64,000 bases of DNA from assembly GCA_963733035.1 (NCBI GenBank), contig CAVTBU010000006.1, forward strand, positions 992,001 through 1,056,000, read 5' to 3'. The notes beneath the pieces are model-generated. The model was not told where the DNA came from and searched no databases. It saw nothing but the letters and a program-made list of their open reading frames with translations. Positions 9,022 through 20,446 of the stretch are shown piece after piece. Positions within the stretch are counted from its first letter, which is position 1; every line of letters starts with the position of its first letter. The position numbers were made by a program, and so were the translations under genes. The DNA is from Pirellulales bacterium (GTDB lineage: Bacteria > Planctomycetota > Planctomycetia > Pirellulales > PALSA-1355).

Positions 9022-11226
9022 CTACCGCATGTTCATATCGCAGCTCAAGCCGCCGGCGGCGGGGACGTAGGCGGTGCGGGTGTAGTCCATCACCATGCGG
9101 TGGGCGCTGAAGCGCCAGGCCAGAGAGCTGATGGAGTTGATCATGCGCTGGATCCAGCCGCGCGGCAGGCCGTCGACGTCGCGGTCGTAGTACAGTGGAA
9201 TGACCTCGTTCTCGAGCACTTCGTACAGCGACTCGGCGTCGCGCTGGTCGGTGATCTGGTCGGAGACATGGGCGAAGCCCTTGCCGATCGCAAAGCCGTT
9301 CGAGCCGTCGTAGGCTTCGGCCCACCAACCGTCTAGCACCGAGCAGTTCAGGCCGCCGTTGAGCACGGCCTTCTGGCCGCTGGTGCCCGAGGCTTCGAGC
9401 GGGCGGCGAGGGTTGTTGAGCCAGACGTCGACGCCCTGAATCAGGTGGCGGCAGACGTTGATGTCGTAGTCCTCGATAAACACGATGCGGTTGGCGAATC
9501 GATCGTCGTGCCGGGCATTGGCGATTCGCTTGATCAGTTGCTTGCCGGGCTCGTCCGCCGGGTGAGCCTTGCCGGCAACGATGATCTGGATCGGACGCTC
9601 CTCGTCGTTGATGATCTTGTAAAACCGCTCGAGGTCGGTCATGAACAGGTCGGCTCGCTTGTAGGTGGCGAACCGGCGGGCAAAGCCGATGGTGAGGATG
9701 TTCGGATCGAACAGATTTCGCGCGGCTTCGACCACGGCGTCGCTCTCGCCACGGCGGCGGCACTGCCGGCTCACGCGGCGGCGAACGAACGCCAACAGCA
9801 GGTTCTTAAGCGCGTAGTGTACTTCCCACAGCTCGCCCGGATCGATGCGGTTGATGCATTCCCAGGCTTCCGGCTCGCCCATTCGCTGGAGCCATCCGCC
9901 CGGGAAGTTGCGCTCGTAGAGCTGGAGCATTTGCCAGGCGAGCCAACTGGGCACGTGGACGCCGTTGGTGATGTGTCCGATGGGAATTTCTTCTTCCACG
10001 CGCCAGGGCCAGAGGTGGGCCCACATGCGGCGCGAGACGTGTCCGTGCAGGCAGCTGACGGCGTTGGCCCGCCGCGAGAGCTTGAGGCCCAGCACGGTCA
10101 TGCAGAAGCTTTCGCCTTCGTTGTGCGGCTCGACGCGGCCGAGGCCCATCAGTTGTTCGTAGCTGATTTTGAGCCGATCGCGCAGGGGGCCCAAGTGCTC
10201 TTCGATCAGGCCGCCGTCGAAGCGGTCGTGACCGGCCGGCACGGGCGTGTGCGTGGTGAAGACGGTATGTTGAGCCACTTCGCGCAGCGCGTTGTCGAAG
10301 CTGACGCCGTCGTTTTCCATCCGCTCGCGAATGACTTCGAGCGTGGCAAATACGCTGTGGCCTTCGTTCAAATGATAGACGCCCGGCGTGATGCCCAGGG
10401 CGGCCAGGGCCCGCACGCCGCCGACGCCCAGGACGAGCTCCTGGCGAATGCGGGTACGATGGTCGCCGCCGTAGAGCCGGCTGGTCAGCTCGCGGTCTTC
10501 GGGGCTGTTGCCCTCGACGTCGCAATCGAGCAGATATAAATGAACGCGGCCGACGTGCATCAGCCAGACCTTGGCCAGCAGTTCGCCGGTGCGGGTTTCG
10601 ACCGCGATGGTGATTTGCTTGCCGTGCTCGTCGCAGGCCGGCTGCATCGGGACGTTCTCAACCTTGGTGTCGAGGTATTCCTCGCGCTGGTAGCCTTCCA
10701 GGTCGAGATGCTGCTTGAAGTAGCCCTGGTCGTAGAACAAGCCGATGGCCACCAGGGGAATGCCTAGGCCGCTGGCGCTTTTAATATGGTCGCCCGAGAG
10801 GACGCCCAGGCCGCCGGAGTAGATGGGCACCGACTCGTGGATGCCAAACTCGGCGGAGAAGTAGGCGACGGGCTTGCTGCCCAGCACACCGGCGTTGGTC
10901 CGGCCCCAGGTGTGCGTGTTGGCCATGTATTCCTTGAGCCGGCGGTAGGCGTAGTTGATGCGGCTGTAGAGCACCAGCTCCGAGGCCCGCATTTCGAGCC
11001 GCTCGGGGGTGAACTCAGCCAGCAGCGCAATGGGGTTGTGGTCGAGTTGCCGCCAGCGAATGGGGTCGAGATCGCGGAAGAGATTGATGACTTCCGGGTG
11101 CCAGGTCCACCACAGATTGCGGGCCATGGCCACGCATTTGTCGTACAAGGTCTGTGGTGAAAGCTCGGAGAGCGCCAATTTTTTCGACGACTCAGCGGGG
11201 GGCGCGGCTTCGGTGCGACTCATCAA
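9022..11226 (-). CDS. glgP: Alpha-glucan (glycogen) phosphorylase
   Basis: YFSAEFG, YSGGLGVLSGDH, HLNEGH, ARRFATYKR, EASGTSGQK (PLP lysine), DGWW. Confidence 0.97.
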   Translation of the reverse strand: MMSRTEAAPPAESSKKLALSELSPQTLYDKCVAMARNLWWTWHPEVINLFRDLDPIRWRQLDHNPIALLAEFTPERLEMRASELVLYSRINYAYRRLKEYMANTHTWGRTNAGVLGSKPVAYFSAEFGIHESVPIYSGGLGVLSGDHIKSASGLGIPLVAIGLFYDQGYFKQHLDLEGYQREEYLDTKVENVPMQPACDEHGKQITIAVETRTGELLAKVWLMHVGRVHLYLLDCDVEGNSPEDRELTSRLYGGDHRTRIRQELVLGVGGVRALAALGITPGVYHLNEGHSVFATLEVIRERMENDGVSFDNALREVAQHTVFTTHTPVPAGHDRFDGGLIEEHLGPLRDRLKISYEQLMGLGRVEPHNEGESFCMTVLGLKLSRRANAVSCLHGHVSRRMWAHLWPWRVEEEIPIGHITNGVHVPSWLAWQMLQLYERNFPGGWLQRMGEPEAWECINRIDPGELWEVHYALKNLLLAFVRRRVSRQCRRRGESDAVVEAARNLFDPNILTIGFARRFATYKRADLFMTDLERFYKIINDEERPIQIIVAGKAHPADEPGKQLIKRIANARHDDRFANRIVFIEDYDINVCRHLIQGVDVWLNNPRRPLEASGTSGQKAVLNGGLNCSVLDGWWAEAYDGSNGFAIGKGFAHVSDQITDQRDAESLYEVLENEVIPLYYDRDVDGLPRGWIQRMINSISSLAWRFSAHRMVMDYTRTAYVPAAGGLSCDMNMR

Positions 11227-11445
11227 TCAAGACCTCCCAGACAGCAAAATAAGCGACGAATTATAACGAGACGGCAAATGTGGATCGACCCCACAATCCG
11301 ACCGCCTCGGCATCGTGCCGCCTAGAAGTTGCCCGACCTAAGCCGCTTCACTAGATTAAGTTCAGGTCACGCGTCCTGGATTATATAAGTCTGCGTCGGC
11401 CGCTGTCGAATCCTTTTTTCCGCCACACCGCAGGACCGCAACGTC

Positions 11446-12524
11446 ATGACGAAAACTTCTACTATCCATTCGCCAGACGATGCGGGGCTCGCGCGGCTCG
11501 CGGCGGATTTAGTACGATTGGGCGGTGAGATGGATCGCAGCGGCGCCTGGCCCGCCGAGCAATTGCGCCTTTGTGGCGAGGCCGGAGTATTCGAGTGGTT
11601 CATGCCGCGGCACTGGGGCGGACAGGAGTGGAGCGAGTTGGACGTGACGCGCGGTTACCTGCAGTTGAGCGCGGCCTGTCTGACCACGACGTTTGTCATC
11701 ACCCAGCGGACCGGGGCGTGCCAGCGGATTGCCGGCTGCGAAATCGAGCCGCTGAAGGAGCGGTTGCTACCGGATTTGGTGTCGGGCAAGTCCTTTGCCA
11801 CGGTGGGCATTTCGCATCTGACGACCAGTCGCCGGCACTTGGGCCGCCCCGTGCTGCGGGCCGAAGAAGTGGAGGGCGGCTTCATGCTCGATGGCTTTTC
11901 GCCGTGGGTCACCGGTGCAGACCATGCCAGCGTAATTGTGACTGGCGCGGAACTGGCCGACGGCCGGCAGATTCTGGTGGCATTGCCCACCGATGCGCCT
12001 GGAGTGACGATTCCCGCGCCGCCCGAGCTGGTCGGTATTTCGGCCAGCCACACCGGCGAAGTCCGTTTGGACAACGTACGTCTCGAGGCGGAGTGGCTGT
12101 TGGCCGGGCCGGTCGAGAACGTGATGAAGATCGGTGCCGGCGCGAACACGGGTGGTTTGCAGACCTCGACACTGGCGATTGGGCTGGCCGGCGCGGCAGT
12201 GACGTACTTGGAAGGCGAAGTCGCCAAGCGACCTGATTTGGAGACGCCGGCCGTGGAGCTGCGCCGCGATCAGCGGAAGCTGGAGGCGACGCTGTTGGAG
12301 TTGGCCACCGGGAACCAGGTGTGCAGCAACGAACAGCTTCGGGCAGGCGCGAACAGCATCGCCCTGCGCGCAGCCAGGCGGCCCTGGCCGCCGCGAAGGG
12401 AACCGGATACATCGTGGGTCATCCGGCCGGCCGCTGGTGCCGCGAGGCGCTGTTCTTTCTGGTGTGGAGCTGTCCGCAGGGTGTGATGGCGGCGAATTTA
12501 TGCGAGCTAGCGGGGATTGACTGA
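11446..12524 (+). CDS. Acyl-CoA dehydrogenase family flavoprotein, frameshift at ~12371
   Basis: FATVGISHL and LDGFSPWVTGA; the shifted frame supplies SQAALAAAKGTGY...RWCREALFFLVWSCP. Confidence 0.85.
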
Positions 12525-12631
12525 ACGGCGCCCCGCCCCCTTGCGCCCTAGCCCCAAATGGGCTATGATTTGCGGTTTGTCGTTATCGAAGAAAATTGTG
12601 AGAGAGTAAGAATAGGAGTGCAGGCGCGACC

Positions 12632-13285
12632 ATGGTTAACGATACGAATGTTCACTGGCACGATCACAGCGTAAGCCGCGAAGAACGAGAGGCCCTCAAG
12701 GGGAACAAGGGTTGTGTGATTTGGTTCACCGGCTTGAGCGCCTGCGGCAAGAGCACCGTCTCGAACCTGGTCGACCACTTGTTGCACAAGCGGGGCGTGC
12801 ACAGCTACGTGCTCGACGGCGACAACGTGCGTCATGGCCTGAATGCCGGCCCGGGGATGCTCAAGGAACGGCATGGCGAGGAGTTCGCCAAGCGATTTGG
12901 CCTGGGTTTCTCGGCGCAAGACCGCGAAGAGAACATTCGTCGCATTGGTGCGGTGGCGAAGCTATTTGCCGAAGCTGGCACGGTGACGCTGACCGCCTTC
13001 ATTAGCCCCTATCGCCGCGACCGCGATGCGGTGCGGGCAGCGATGAACGAGGGGGACTTCATCGAGATCTTCGTCGATGCCCCGATCGAGGTTTGCGAAG
13101 CCCGCGATCCCAAGGGGTTGTACAAGAAGGCGCGTGCGGGCGAGATCAAGGGCTTTACCGGGATCGACGATCCGTACGAAGCGCCCGAAAAGCCCGAGCT
13201 GGTGCTCGACGCGGGGACCAAGGACGCCGAAACCTTGGCTGGGGAAGTGATTGCCTACCTTGAGAAGACCGGCAAGATTCATTAG
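12632..13285 (+). CDS. cysC: Adenylyl-sulfate kinase
   Basis: [53 protein letters not shown]. Confidence 0.97.
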   Translation: MVNDTNVHWHDHSVSREEREALKGNKGCVIWFTGLSACGKSTVSNLVDHLLHKRGVHSYVLDGDNVRHGLNAGPGMLKERHGEEFAKRFGLGFSAQDREENIRRIGAVAKLFAEAGTVTLTAFISPYRRDRDAVRAAMNEGDFIEIFVDAPIEVCEARDPKGLYKKARAGEIKGFTGIDDPYEAPEKPELVLDAGTKDAETLAGEVIAYLEKTGKIH

Positions 13286-13586
13286 TTCGAACTAAGGTTT
13301 TGGATGTGCCAGCATGCACAAAGCGCGCCAATCGGGGGCGTGCTATCGTCGTGCGTCGCTCTTTCTGGTTGACATCGCTCGCGTGCCCACTACATTGAAT
13401 TGGGCGTGCGGTCGACGCGATGGGGGCGGTATCAACTGAATCCGCCACCGTGCTCCTCCCCGCTCGCGACTTACCGGCGTGATGGGCACCATGCAGGATG
13501 TTTGCCCACGTGGAACCGCAGTGAGTTTCGCCGCGCTGACCGCAGTTAGAATTGTTCTTCAATGTCCAGGGAGGGAGGCGGCATCA

Positions 13587-13805
13587 ATGCCAGTACTCAC
13601 GGCAAAAGATGTGCAGGCTAAAGCGCAACAGGCGCTGGCCGAGAGTCCCGTCTTCGCGCTACGCGAGATCCTCGTCGAGCGTGACGGCGACACGCTCATT
13701 CTCATCGGCGAAGTCTGCAGCTTTTATCACAAGCAGATGGCGCAGGAAATCGTGCGCCAACATGGCGAAGGCGTGGAAGTCGTCAATACGATCCACGTGC
13801 AGTAG
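13587..13805 (+). CDS. Small BON-domain protein
   Basis: LIGEVCSFYHKQMAQE...VVNTIHV, typical of planctomycete single-BON proteins; GGGAGG RBS upstream. Confidence 0.85.
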   Translation: MPVLTAKDVQAKAQQALAESPVFALREILVERDGDTLILIGEVCSFYHKQMAQEIVRQHGEGVEVVNTIHVQ

Positions 13806-13835
13806 CCTGTTGCTCGCGGCGGCCGGCCGCCAGCA

Positions 13836-14893
13836 CTACGCGGCGCAAACGACTGCGCCTGCGCGGTGAGTTGCTCGGCCACGGTTTCGTAAACGCGTTC
13901 GACCGTTAGCAGCCGCATACAATCGTGGTGCTTCAGCGGGCAAGCGCGTCGTCCGCAAGGCCCACAGGGCACCGCGTGGTTCAAACAAACTTCGCGCGGA
14001 TAGTGCGTACGGGTCCAGGCCTTGTCGGTTGGTCCGAACAGCGTGATTACCGGCACGTCAAAGGCCACGGCAAAGAACCGCGGACCGCTATCGGTGGTGA
14101 CCATCAGCCGGCTGCGACGAATGCAGGCCTTGGTCAAGCCGATTGAGATCGGTTCATCGGCCAGGCTCACCACGCGGGGATGATTCGCCGTGTTGACAAT
14201 TTCCCGGGCAATCTCGCGCTCGTTCGGCCCGCACGTGACCAGCACCGCCAAGCCCTTTCGGGTGGCGATTCGCTCGGCCAGCCGGGCGAAGTATTCGGTG
14301 GGCCAGAGCTTGGCGGCACCGTAGGCGCCGCTTGAGTTGAGCACGACCACCTGGTCTCCCGGCGGCAAGTTCCACTTCTCCCAAACCGCGTCGGCGGCGG
14401 CCTCATCGGCGATGAGCGTGGCCAGTTCGAGCCGGGGCGACTGGGGTTCGCAACCGAGCGCGTAAGCAATGTGCAGGTAGGCGTCGATGGCGGGGAACGG
14501 AAGCCGGTGAAATCCGACGCGCGGGGCGTAGACCTTGTGCGTTAGCAGCAGGCTTCGCCCATAGCGCACGTACCCGACACGCTGCGCCGCGCCGCTGGCT
14601 CGCGCCAAAATCGCCGTCCGCATCGAGTTGGTAAGCAGCACCATTGTGTCGAAGCCAGCTCGCCGCATGGCAGCCAGTGCGGCCGGCGTGCGTTCGGCGG
14701 GATTCGACGAACGCGGGTTGAACAGAATGCGGCCGCTTAGCCAGGGCGTGCCGGCCAAGACCTCCGACACGTAGGGCCGCATGATGCCGATCATTTTCGC
14801 ACCGGGGCCATAGTGCTGACGCAGTGCGCGGAGCGTCGGCGTGCACATGGCCGCATCGCCGACCCAATTGGGGATGAACACGCCGATTTTCAC
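13836..14893 (-). CDS. waaF: Lipopolysaccharide heptosyltransferase II (GT9); probable frameshift in the last codons
   Basis: PNWVGDAAM, GAYGAAKLWP, TTDSGP, LFGPT, CGPC...CPLKHHDCM. As read it runs to 13727 into the BON gene; a 1-nt shift gives ...VCAA* at 13836. Confidence 0.88.
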
Positions 14894-14947
14894 GCCACGT
14901 CTCCCTGACTGTCGGTCGAACATGCCTTGCCGGCATCGCTCAACCTG

Positions 14948-15576
14948 CTAACGACCTGCCCCGTTCAGATGCGTGGGAGGATACGTGTATTGGCCAATTC
15001 GTGGAATGCCAGCCGGAACGCGCAACAGATGTTCGATTTGATCGGCGGCCGCCAGCAGGTCGGCGGCGACCAGATCAGGTTTTACGTTCACTTCGGGCTC
15101 GCCTGTGCCTCTGCGCCGGTCTGCACGAGCACTGTGCGGCAACCAGCAGCGCGTCCAGCAGCGACGTCGGACAACTTGTCGCCGATAGCAACGCTGGCAG
15201 ACAAGTCGAGCCCGTGGTCTTGCGCTGCTTGCAGCAGCATGCCCGGCGCCGGTTTGCGAAGCGGCGAGTCGCGGCGAAATTCCCCCAGGCCCTCGGTCGG
15301 ATGAAAGGGGCAAAAATAGATGCCGGCAATCTTGATGCCTCCGTCGTGCAGCAATCGGCACAAGGCGGCGTTGAACGTATGCATTTGGGCTTCGCTGAAA
15401 TAGCCCCGACCGATGCCCGACTGGTTCGTCGTGATGAACAGTTTAAAACCGAGCGACTGTAACTTGCGCAAGCCCGCGCACACGTTCTCGACAAGCAGCA
15501 GATCTTTCACGCGATGCGCATAGCCGACGTCGACGTTGAGGGTGCCGTCGCGATCAAGAAAGATGGCTGGTTTCAC
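14948..15576 (-). CDS. gmhB: D-glycero-D-manno-heptose-1,7-bisphosphate phosphatase, frameshift at ~15113
   Basis: FLDRDGTLN, TNQSGIGRG, YFCPFHP, RKPAPGM, IGDKLSD; C-terminus KPDLVAADLLAAA lies in the other frame. Confidence 0.9.
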
Positions 15577-15614
15577 CGGACAAGTCCATCGTGGAGTTGG
15601 ATTGCTGCTGTTGA

Positions 15615-16665
15615 CTAGGCAGCGGCCGCGCCTGGCGATGCGTATTGCAAGGCTGCATCCAGAACTTCGTTTACCGTGATGCGGGCCATCAGGGCATCGC
15701 CTTGTTCTTTGGGAACGCTGGGGTCTTCGCCAATTTCCTGCGGGGCGACCAGCAGCGTGTGGCGCGTTCCGAGCGGTGCCCATTTGGCGGGCACATGGGC
15801 CGGATGCGGACTAAACAGGGCGACCGTGGGCGTGCCGACCACCCCGGCCACGTGCATCGGCCCCGTGCTGGAAACGATCAAGACTTGTTGCGCAAATCGC
15901 CGCGGTCAGTTCCGGCAATGTCAGGTTGGTGTAACGCGCGACGCGCGACCGCAGCCCCGAGTCGAGCTGGCCGCTAACCTCTTCCAGCAGCGACTGTTCG
16001 TCCGGGCTGCCGGTCAACATGACCCGGCCATGTGGTGCCAGGCGACGGACCAACTCGGCGTAGTGCGAAACGGGCCAATTGTAGGCGCTGTTCTTGTTGC
16101 CCGGATGGACCCCAAACAACGGGCCTTCGCTGCCCAGATCTCTCGCGATCCGTTCGGTGACGCGCTGTTTCGCGGCCGGGTCGACTGGAAAGCGGGGGAG
16201 CTGAATTGGCTTGGATGCCGCGACCCCCAACTTTGCGGCGAAGGCCATGGCGAACGCGGCTTCGTGAATCGGCGGACGGCTGCGGTGCAACATGACCGGA
16301 TGCGTGGAGGTGAGCCAGCCGACGGGCTTGTATCCCCAGCCGACGCGGCAAGGAATGCGTGCCGCACGCACCGCCAGGCAGTTGCGAGTATTCGTATTAA
16401 ATACGAGCGCGGCGTCAAAGCGCTCCGTTGCCAGCCGGCGACCCAGCGCCCACGCGCTTTCGTCAGGCTCGTCGTAAAGCAGCTCGTCGATCGCCGGATG
16501 TTCGGAAACCAACGGCCCGGCATAGCGGCTTGCCAGCAGCGTGAGACGCGCCTCGGGCAGCTGTGCCCGTAGGGCCTCGATGGCGGGCAGCGTCAGCACC
16601 AGGTCGCCGACGCGATCGTTTCTCACCAGCAGGATCTTGCCTGGTTGCTTGGACGCTGCCATCAA
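15615..16665 (-). CDS. Glycosyltransferase family 9, frameshift at ~15891
   Basis: RNDRVGDLVLTLP, GVHPG, YNWP; second frame SSTGPMHVA...PTVALF...WAPLG. Confidence 0.88.
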
Positions 16666-16694
16666 TTGGTTGCCTCAAATTATGACGGCGCGGC

Positions 16695-17525
16695 TTAGGC
16701 GGCGTCGCGCTGTCCGATATCTTGGTGAGCCGCGGCGGGGTGCTCGAGTTCGGGGTCGGGTTGCGGAAGTGCGTGCTGCATTTCCCACATCCGCACTTGC
16801 TTGGCAAACGATGAGAAACCGGTGAGCACGCTGAGCTGCAAGCCGGCCAGTCCGTCGAGAAATCCCAAGCGAAAGATGTAGCAGTGCAAGAACCGAAAGG
16901 GGAGCGCGAACATCATCGACCAGAAGTTTGCCCGGCGTCCGGCCTGATATTTGTTTTGAGCTCCCTGCACCGTGTAGCGCTGGAGCTTGCGAAAGTATTG
17001 ATCGTAGGTCCAGTAGGTGAAGTGCGTGAGTCGGTGCTTGAGCTTGCCGACGTTGCCGGTGGTGATGCCGACTTCGGCATGATCGCTTTCGCCCTGGTAA
17101 CGTCCAAGGTCGCGGCGAAACAGTCGCAATACTTTGTCGGCGCCCCAGCCAGCGTAGCGAATGCGGTGTCCCAAAAAGTAGTTGGCGCGATAGATGTCGT
17201 AGCCGTCGCGCTTTGGGCCGGCCGTGAGCAGGGCGTTGATCTCGTCGGCCAACTCCGGTGATACGCGTTCGTCGGAGTCGACGATCAGCACCCACTCGTG
17301 CCTGGCCTGCGGGATGGCCCAATTCTTGAAGTTGCCAGAATTGATGTACTCGCGTTCGACAATCCGGCAACCGCCCAGCGAGCGCACAATGTCGAGCGTG
17401 CCATCGGTCGAACCGGAATCGGCCACTAGAATCTCATCGCCCACCAGCTTGGCCGACAGTACGCAAGGACGGATGTTCTTGCGCTCGTTCTTGCAGGGAA
17501 TGATGACGGTCAGCTTTTGCTTCAT
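16695..17525 (-). CDS. GT2 LPS core glycosyltransferase (WaaE/KdtX-like)
   Basis: LTVIIPCKNE, DSGSTDGT, WVLIVDSDE, LRLFRR, GFLDGLAG. Confidence 0.9.
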   Translation of the reverse strand: MKQKLTVIIPCKNERKNIRPCVLSAKLVGDEILVADSGSTDGTLDIVRSLGGCRIVEREYINSGNFKNWAIPQARHEWVLIVDSDERVSPELADEINALLTAGPKRDGYDIYRANYFLGHRIRYAGWGADKVLRLFRRDLGRYQGESDHAEVGITTGNVGKLKHRLTHFTYWTYDQYFRKLQRYTVQGAQNKYQAGRRANFWSMMFALPFRFLHCYIFRLGFLDGLAGLQLSVLTGFSSFAKQVRMWEMQHALPQPDPELEHPAAAHQDIGQRDAA

Positions 17526-17529
17526 GACA

Positions 17530-19080
17530 TCAGCCTGCTCGACGCAAGTTGGGCGGTGTCGCGGGAGAGGCGGTTGCCGTCTGGGCTGTCGTCGGCGCCG
17601 GTTCGCCCCGAGCGAGCGACGAGAGAATGTTGGTGGTGGAGATGCCATCGACGAGCCCAGTGACGCAGACACGGCCGCCGTAGGACTCGACGATCTCATG
17701 TCCCACGACTTGCTGCGGAGTGTAGGTTCCACCTTTGACCAACACTTCGGGACGAATGGCTTCCAGCAGCGCGTGCGGCGTGTCTTCGTCGAACACGACG
17801 ACGTAGTTCACACAGGCCAGAGCCGCCAGCATCGCGGCGCGGTCGGCTTCGCTGATAACCGGCCGGCTGGGGCCTTTGAGCCGCCTGACACTGGAGTCGC
17901 TGTTAACGCCTACGACCAGCAGGTTTCCCAGGGCCGCCGCTTCGGCGAGGTAGCTCACGTGACCCACGTGGAGCAGGTCGAAACAGCCGTTGGTGAAGAC
18001 GATTTTTTGTCCCCGGCGTCGATGCTGTTCGGCGATTTGCGTCATCTGTGCGAGTGTGACGACTTTGGACGCGCTGCCATGTCGGATCGAGAGTAGCTCG
18101 GCCCGAATCTCGTCGCGGTAGAGGACCGTCACTCCGGCGCGCTCGACTTCCAGGCCCGCCGCGACGTTACCCAGCCGGACGGCATCGTCAGGGGTCGTGC
18201 CCGATGCCAGACACAGGCCGACCATCGCCAGGACCATGTCGCCCGCCCCCGTGATGTCGTAGATCGAACGGGCCTGCGTGGGAAAGAACTCGCCGAAACC
18301 GGTTTGCTCGACCAGCAGCATGCCGTCGCGATCGAGCGTGACCAAGGCCATCTTGGCGTCGAGCTGTTCGCATAGCTTGCGCCCGGCCGCCATGGCGTCC
18401 GTCGGCTGGGCAATCTTGATGCCGGTGGCATGTTCGGTTTCGCTGCGGTTGGGCTTAATGACCGTCACGCCGCGGTAGTTTTCCAGCGGACACGACAGGC
18501 TCGGGTCGACGACGATTGGAATTCCAACCAGCGTAGCGGCGTTGATGGCCGCCCGCAGCACGCGGGGCGTGCAGACGCCTTTGCCGTAGTCGGAGATTAG
18601 CAACGCGTCGTGCCACGGCATCCGCGATTCAATTCTTTCGATGAGCTCCTCTTCCAGCGGCGTATCAATTGCCGCGCAGCTTTCGTGGTCGACGCGGAGG
18701 ATCTGGCTGGGGTGTCGACTATCGGCTCGACCGACGAACCGCTCCTTGACGGAGGTTGGACGGGTCGGATCGGCGACGATCGCCTCGCAGCAGGCGCCGG
18801 CCGCATCGAGCAGCCTACGTAACTCCTCGCCGGCCGCGTCCGCTCCGATGACGCCTGCACAAGTCACGTCGGCTTCGAGGGCTAAAAGCATGTTGGCCAC
18901 ATTGGCAGCCCCGCCGGGGCGAGCTTCGCGGCCATCGGCGCGGAGCACGATGACAGGGGCTTCTTGGCTGATTCGCTGGGCATCGCCGTAGGTATAGCGA
19001 TCGAGCAACAGATCGCCGAGGACGAGAACCTTGGGACGATCAAGCCGTTCCAATACGCGCGCCAAATCGTGGGGACTCAT
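17530..19080 (-). CDS. hldE: Bifunctional heptose-7-phosphate kinase / heptose-1-phosphate adenylyltransferase
   Basis: RISQEAPV, GGAANVA, SDYGKG, DITGAGD (PfkB kinase) plus FTNGCFDLLHVGH and LVKGG (nucleotidyltransferase). Confidence 0.96.
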   Translation of the reverse strand: MSPHDLARVLERLDRPKVLVLGDLLLDRYTYGDAQRISQEAPVIVLRADGREARPGGAANVANMLLALEADVTCAGVIGADAAGEELRRLLDAAGACCEAIVADPTRPTSVKERFVGRADSRHPSQILRVDHESCAAIDTPLEEELIERIESRMPWHDALLISDYGKGVCTPRVLRAAINAATLVGIPIVVDPSLSCPLENYRGVTVIKPNRSETEHATGIKIAQPTDAMAAGRKLCEQLDAKMALVTLDRDGMLLVEQTGFGEFFPTQARSIYDITGAGDMVLAMVGLCLASGTTPDDAVRLGNVAAGLEVERAGVTVLYRDEIRAELLSIRHGSASKVVTLAQMTQIAEQHRRRGQKIVFTNGCFDLLHVGHVSYLAEAAALGNLLVVGVNSDSSVRRLKGPSRPVISEADRAAMLAALACVNYVVVFDEDTPHALLEAIRPEVLVKGGTYTPQQVVGHEIVESYGGRVCVTGLVDGISTTNILSSLARGEPAPTTAQTATASPATPPNLRRAG

Positions 19081-19271
19081 AGGGCGTCCTTGTCCTATGC
19101 GGCGTCGATCGATGTATCAGGTGAATGTACGAATCGCCCGGGCCATCGCATTGCTAGCATCCTTGTCGGCGAAGCGGCCGGGCGGGGGCGCGATTATCGA
19201 CCGTGATGCCAACTCGAAGCAATAGAGAAATCGGCGGAATGACGCGCCCCGCAAGGTGCACATGCAACAAG

Positions 19272-20361
19272 CTATGCGACGGCGGCCAGGGCCTGTTCGA
19301 GCTCTTCGCCACCACGAGGACCGATGGTCAGGTGTGCCTGACGAGCGGCAGGGGAGTCGGCTACCGCCGGATCTAGCGTGACCAGCACGTTGAAGTCGGC
19401 CCGACCGCTGAACCGGCCCTTGCCGGGTAGGAGCAGGATTTCAACCTCTGGCTTGTCCACTCGCCGCGCTGCGAACCGCTTTCTGGCCCACGTGGCAGCC
19501 GGGTGCGCTTGCACGGTTTCGCCCACCAGCTGAATTGCCAGATCGTCGAGCGACCGCTTCTCGAGGCCGTTGCGGCAGCGGGTGAGCCGGCCTTTGCGCA
19601 GCAGGTAGTCTACGTTTTTTCCCTGCTTCCAATGGGCCGGCATGCTGGCTTCATTGGGATGCCACAGATGAAAGGTGTGGGTCCAGCGGAGAATTGACGC
19701 CACGCCAACGCCGGCCTTCCGCAGCCGGTGGCGCAGGTCGTCGTCCTCGCAGCCCCAGCCCTCGAAGTTTTCGTCGTAGCCATTCACGCGTTCGTAGTCG
19801 CGCCGCCAGATGCCGACGTTGTTGCCGATGAGCTTCGGCTTCGTTGGATGGCGAATCAGTCGATAAAAGCGGCTCGAGCGGTCGATCTTTCGCAGGCGTT
19901 TCAGCTCACTGGCCGGTCCCCAGCCGGTGAACTCGCCTGAGTGGATCACCTCGAGCGTGACCCGCGCCGACGCCGGTTCATCGAGGCGGCAGCAATCGCC
20001 GGCCATTACCGTGTGCGGGCGGCGATGCGCGTAAGTGCTGCCACACGTGGTCGCGGGGTAGTATGCAATCGCCGTCGAGGAAGAGCAGGTAGGGAGCCTG
20101 GCTGGCCTTGGCCCCTTCATTGCGGCACCGCGACAGGCGAAACACGGTGTGCTCGTGCGTGGTAAAGCCGACGCGAAACGGCACTCGCCGGGCAAACTCG
20201 GCAACGATCTGGGGTGTTTCGTCCGTCGAGCCGTCGTCGGTGACGACCAACTCCATGCGACCCTCGACTCCCTGTTGCAGGGCGATCGATTCGAGCGCCC
20301 GACGCAGATGCGCAGGCCGCTGGTAGGTCGACATCAACAGGGCGATTTCTGGCGGGCTCAT
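19272..20361 (-). CDS. Glycosyltransferase family 2, frameshift at ~20029
   Basis: TDDGSTD and LLFLDGDC in the first frame; NGYDENFEGWGCEDDD and FHLWH in the second. Confidence 0.88.
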
Positions 20362-20446
20362 GGGCGGCGAAGATACCCCGCGCCATAGGGTTTGGCCAAT
20401 AGCAGTCGGGCGAATGGTGATTTGCTAGCGAGCTGTCCGTCGAGGT

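Noticed and set aside
11446..20361. Split core genes as programmed frameshifting or true pseudogenes
   Set aside because: No slippery heptamers or stimulators, and no further decay in these genes; the shared GCGC context favours sequencing error.
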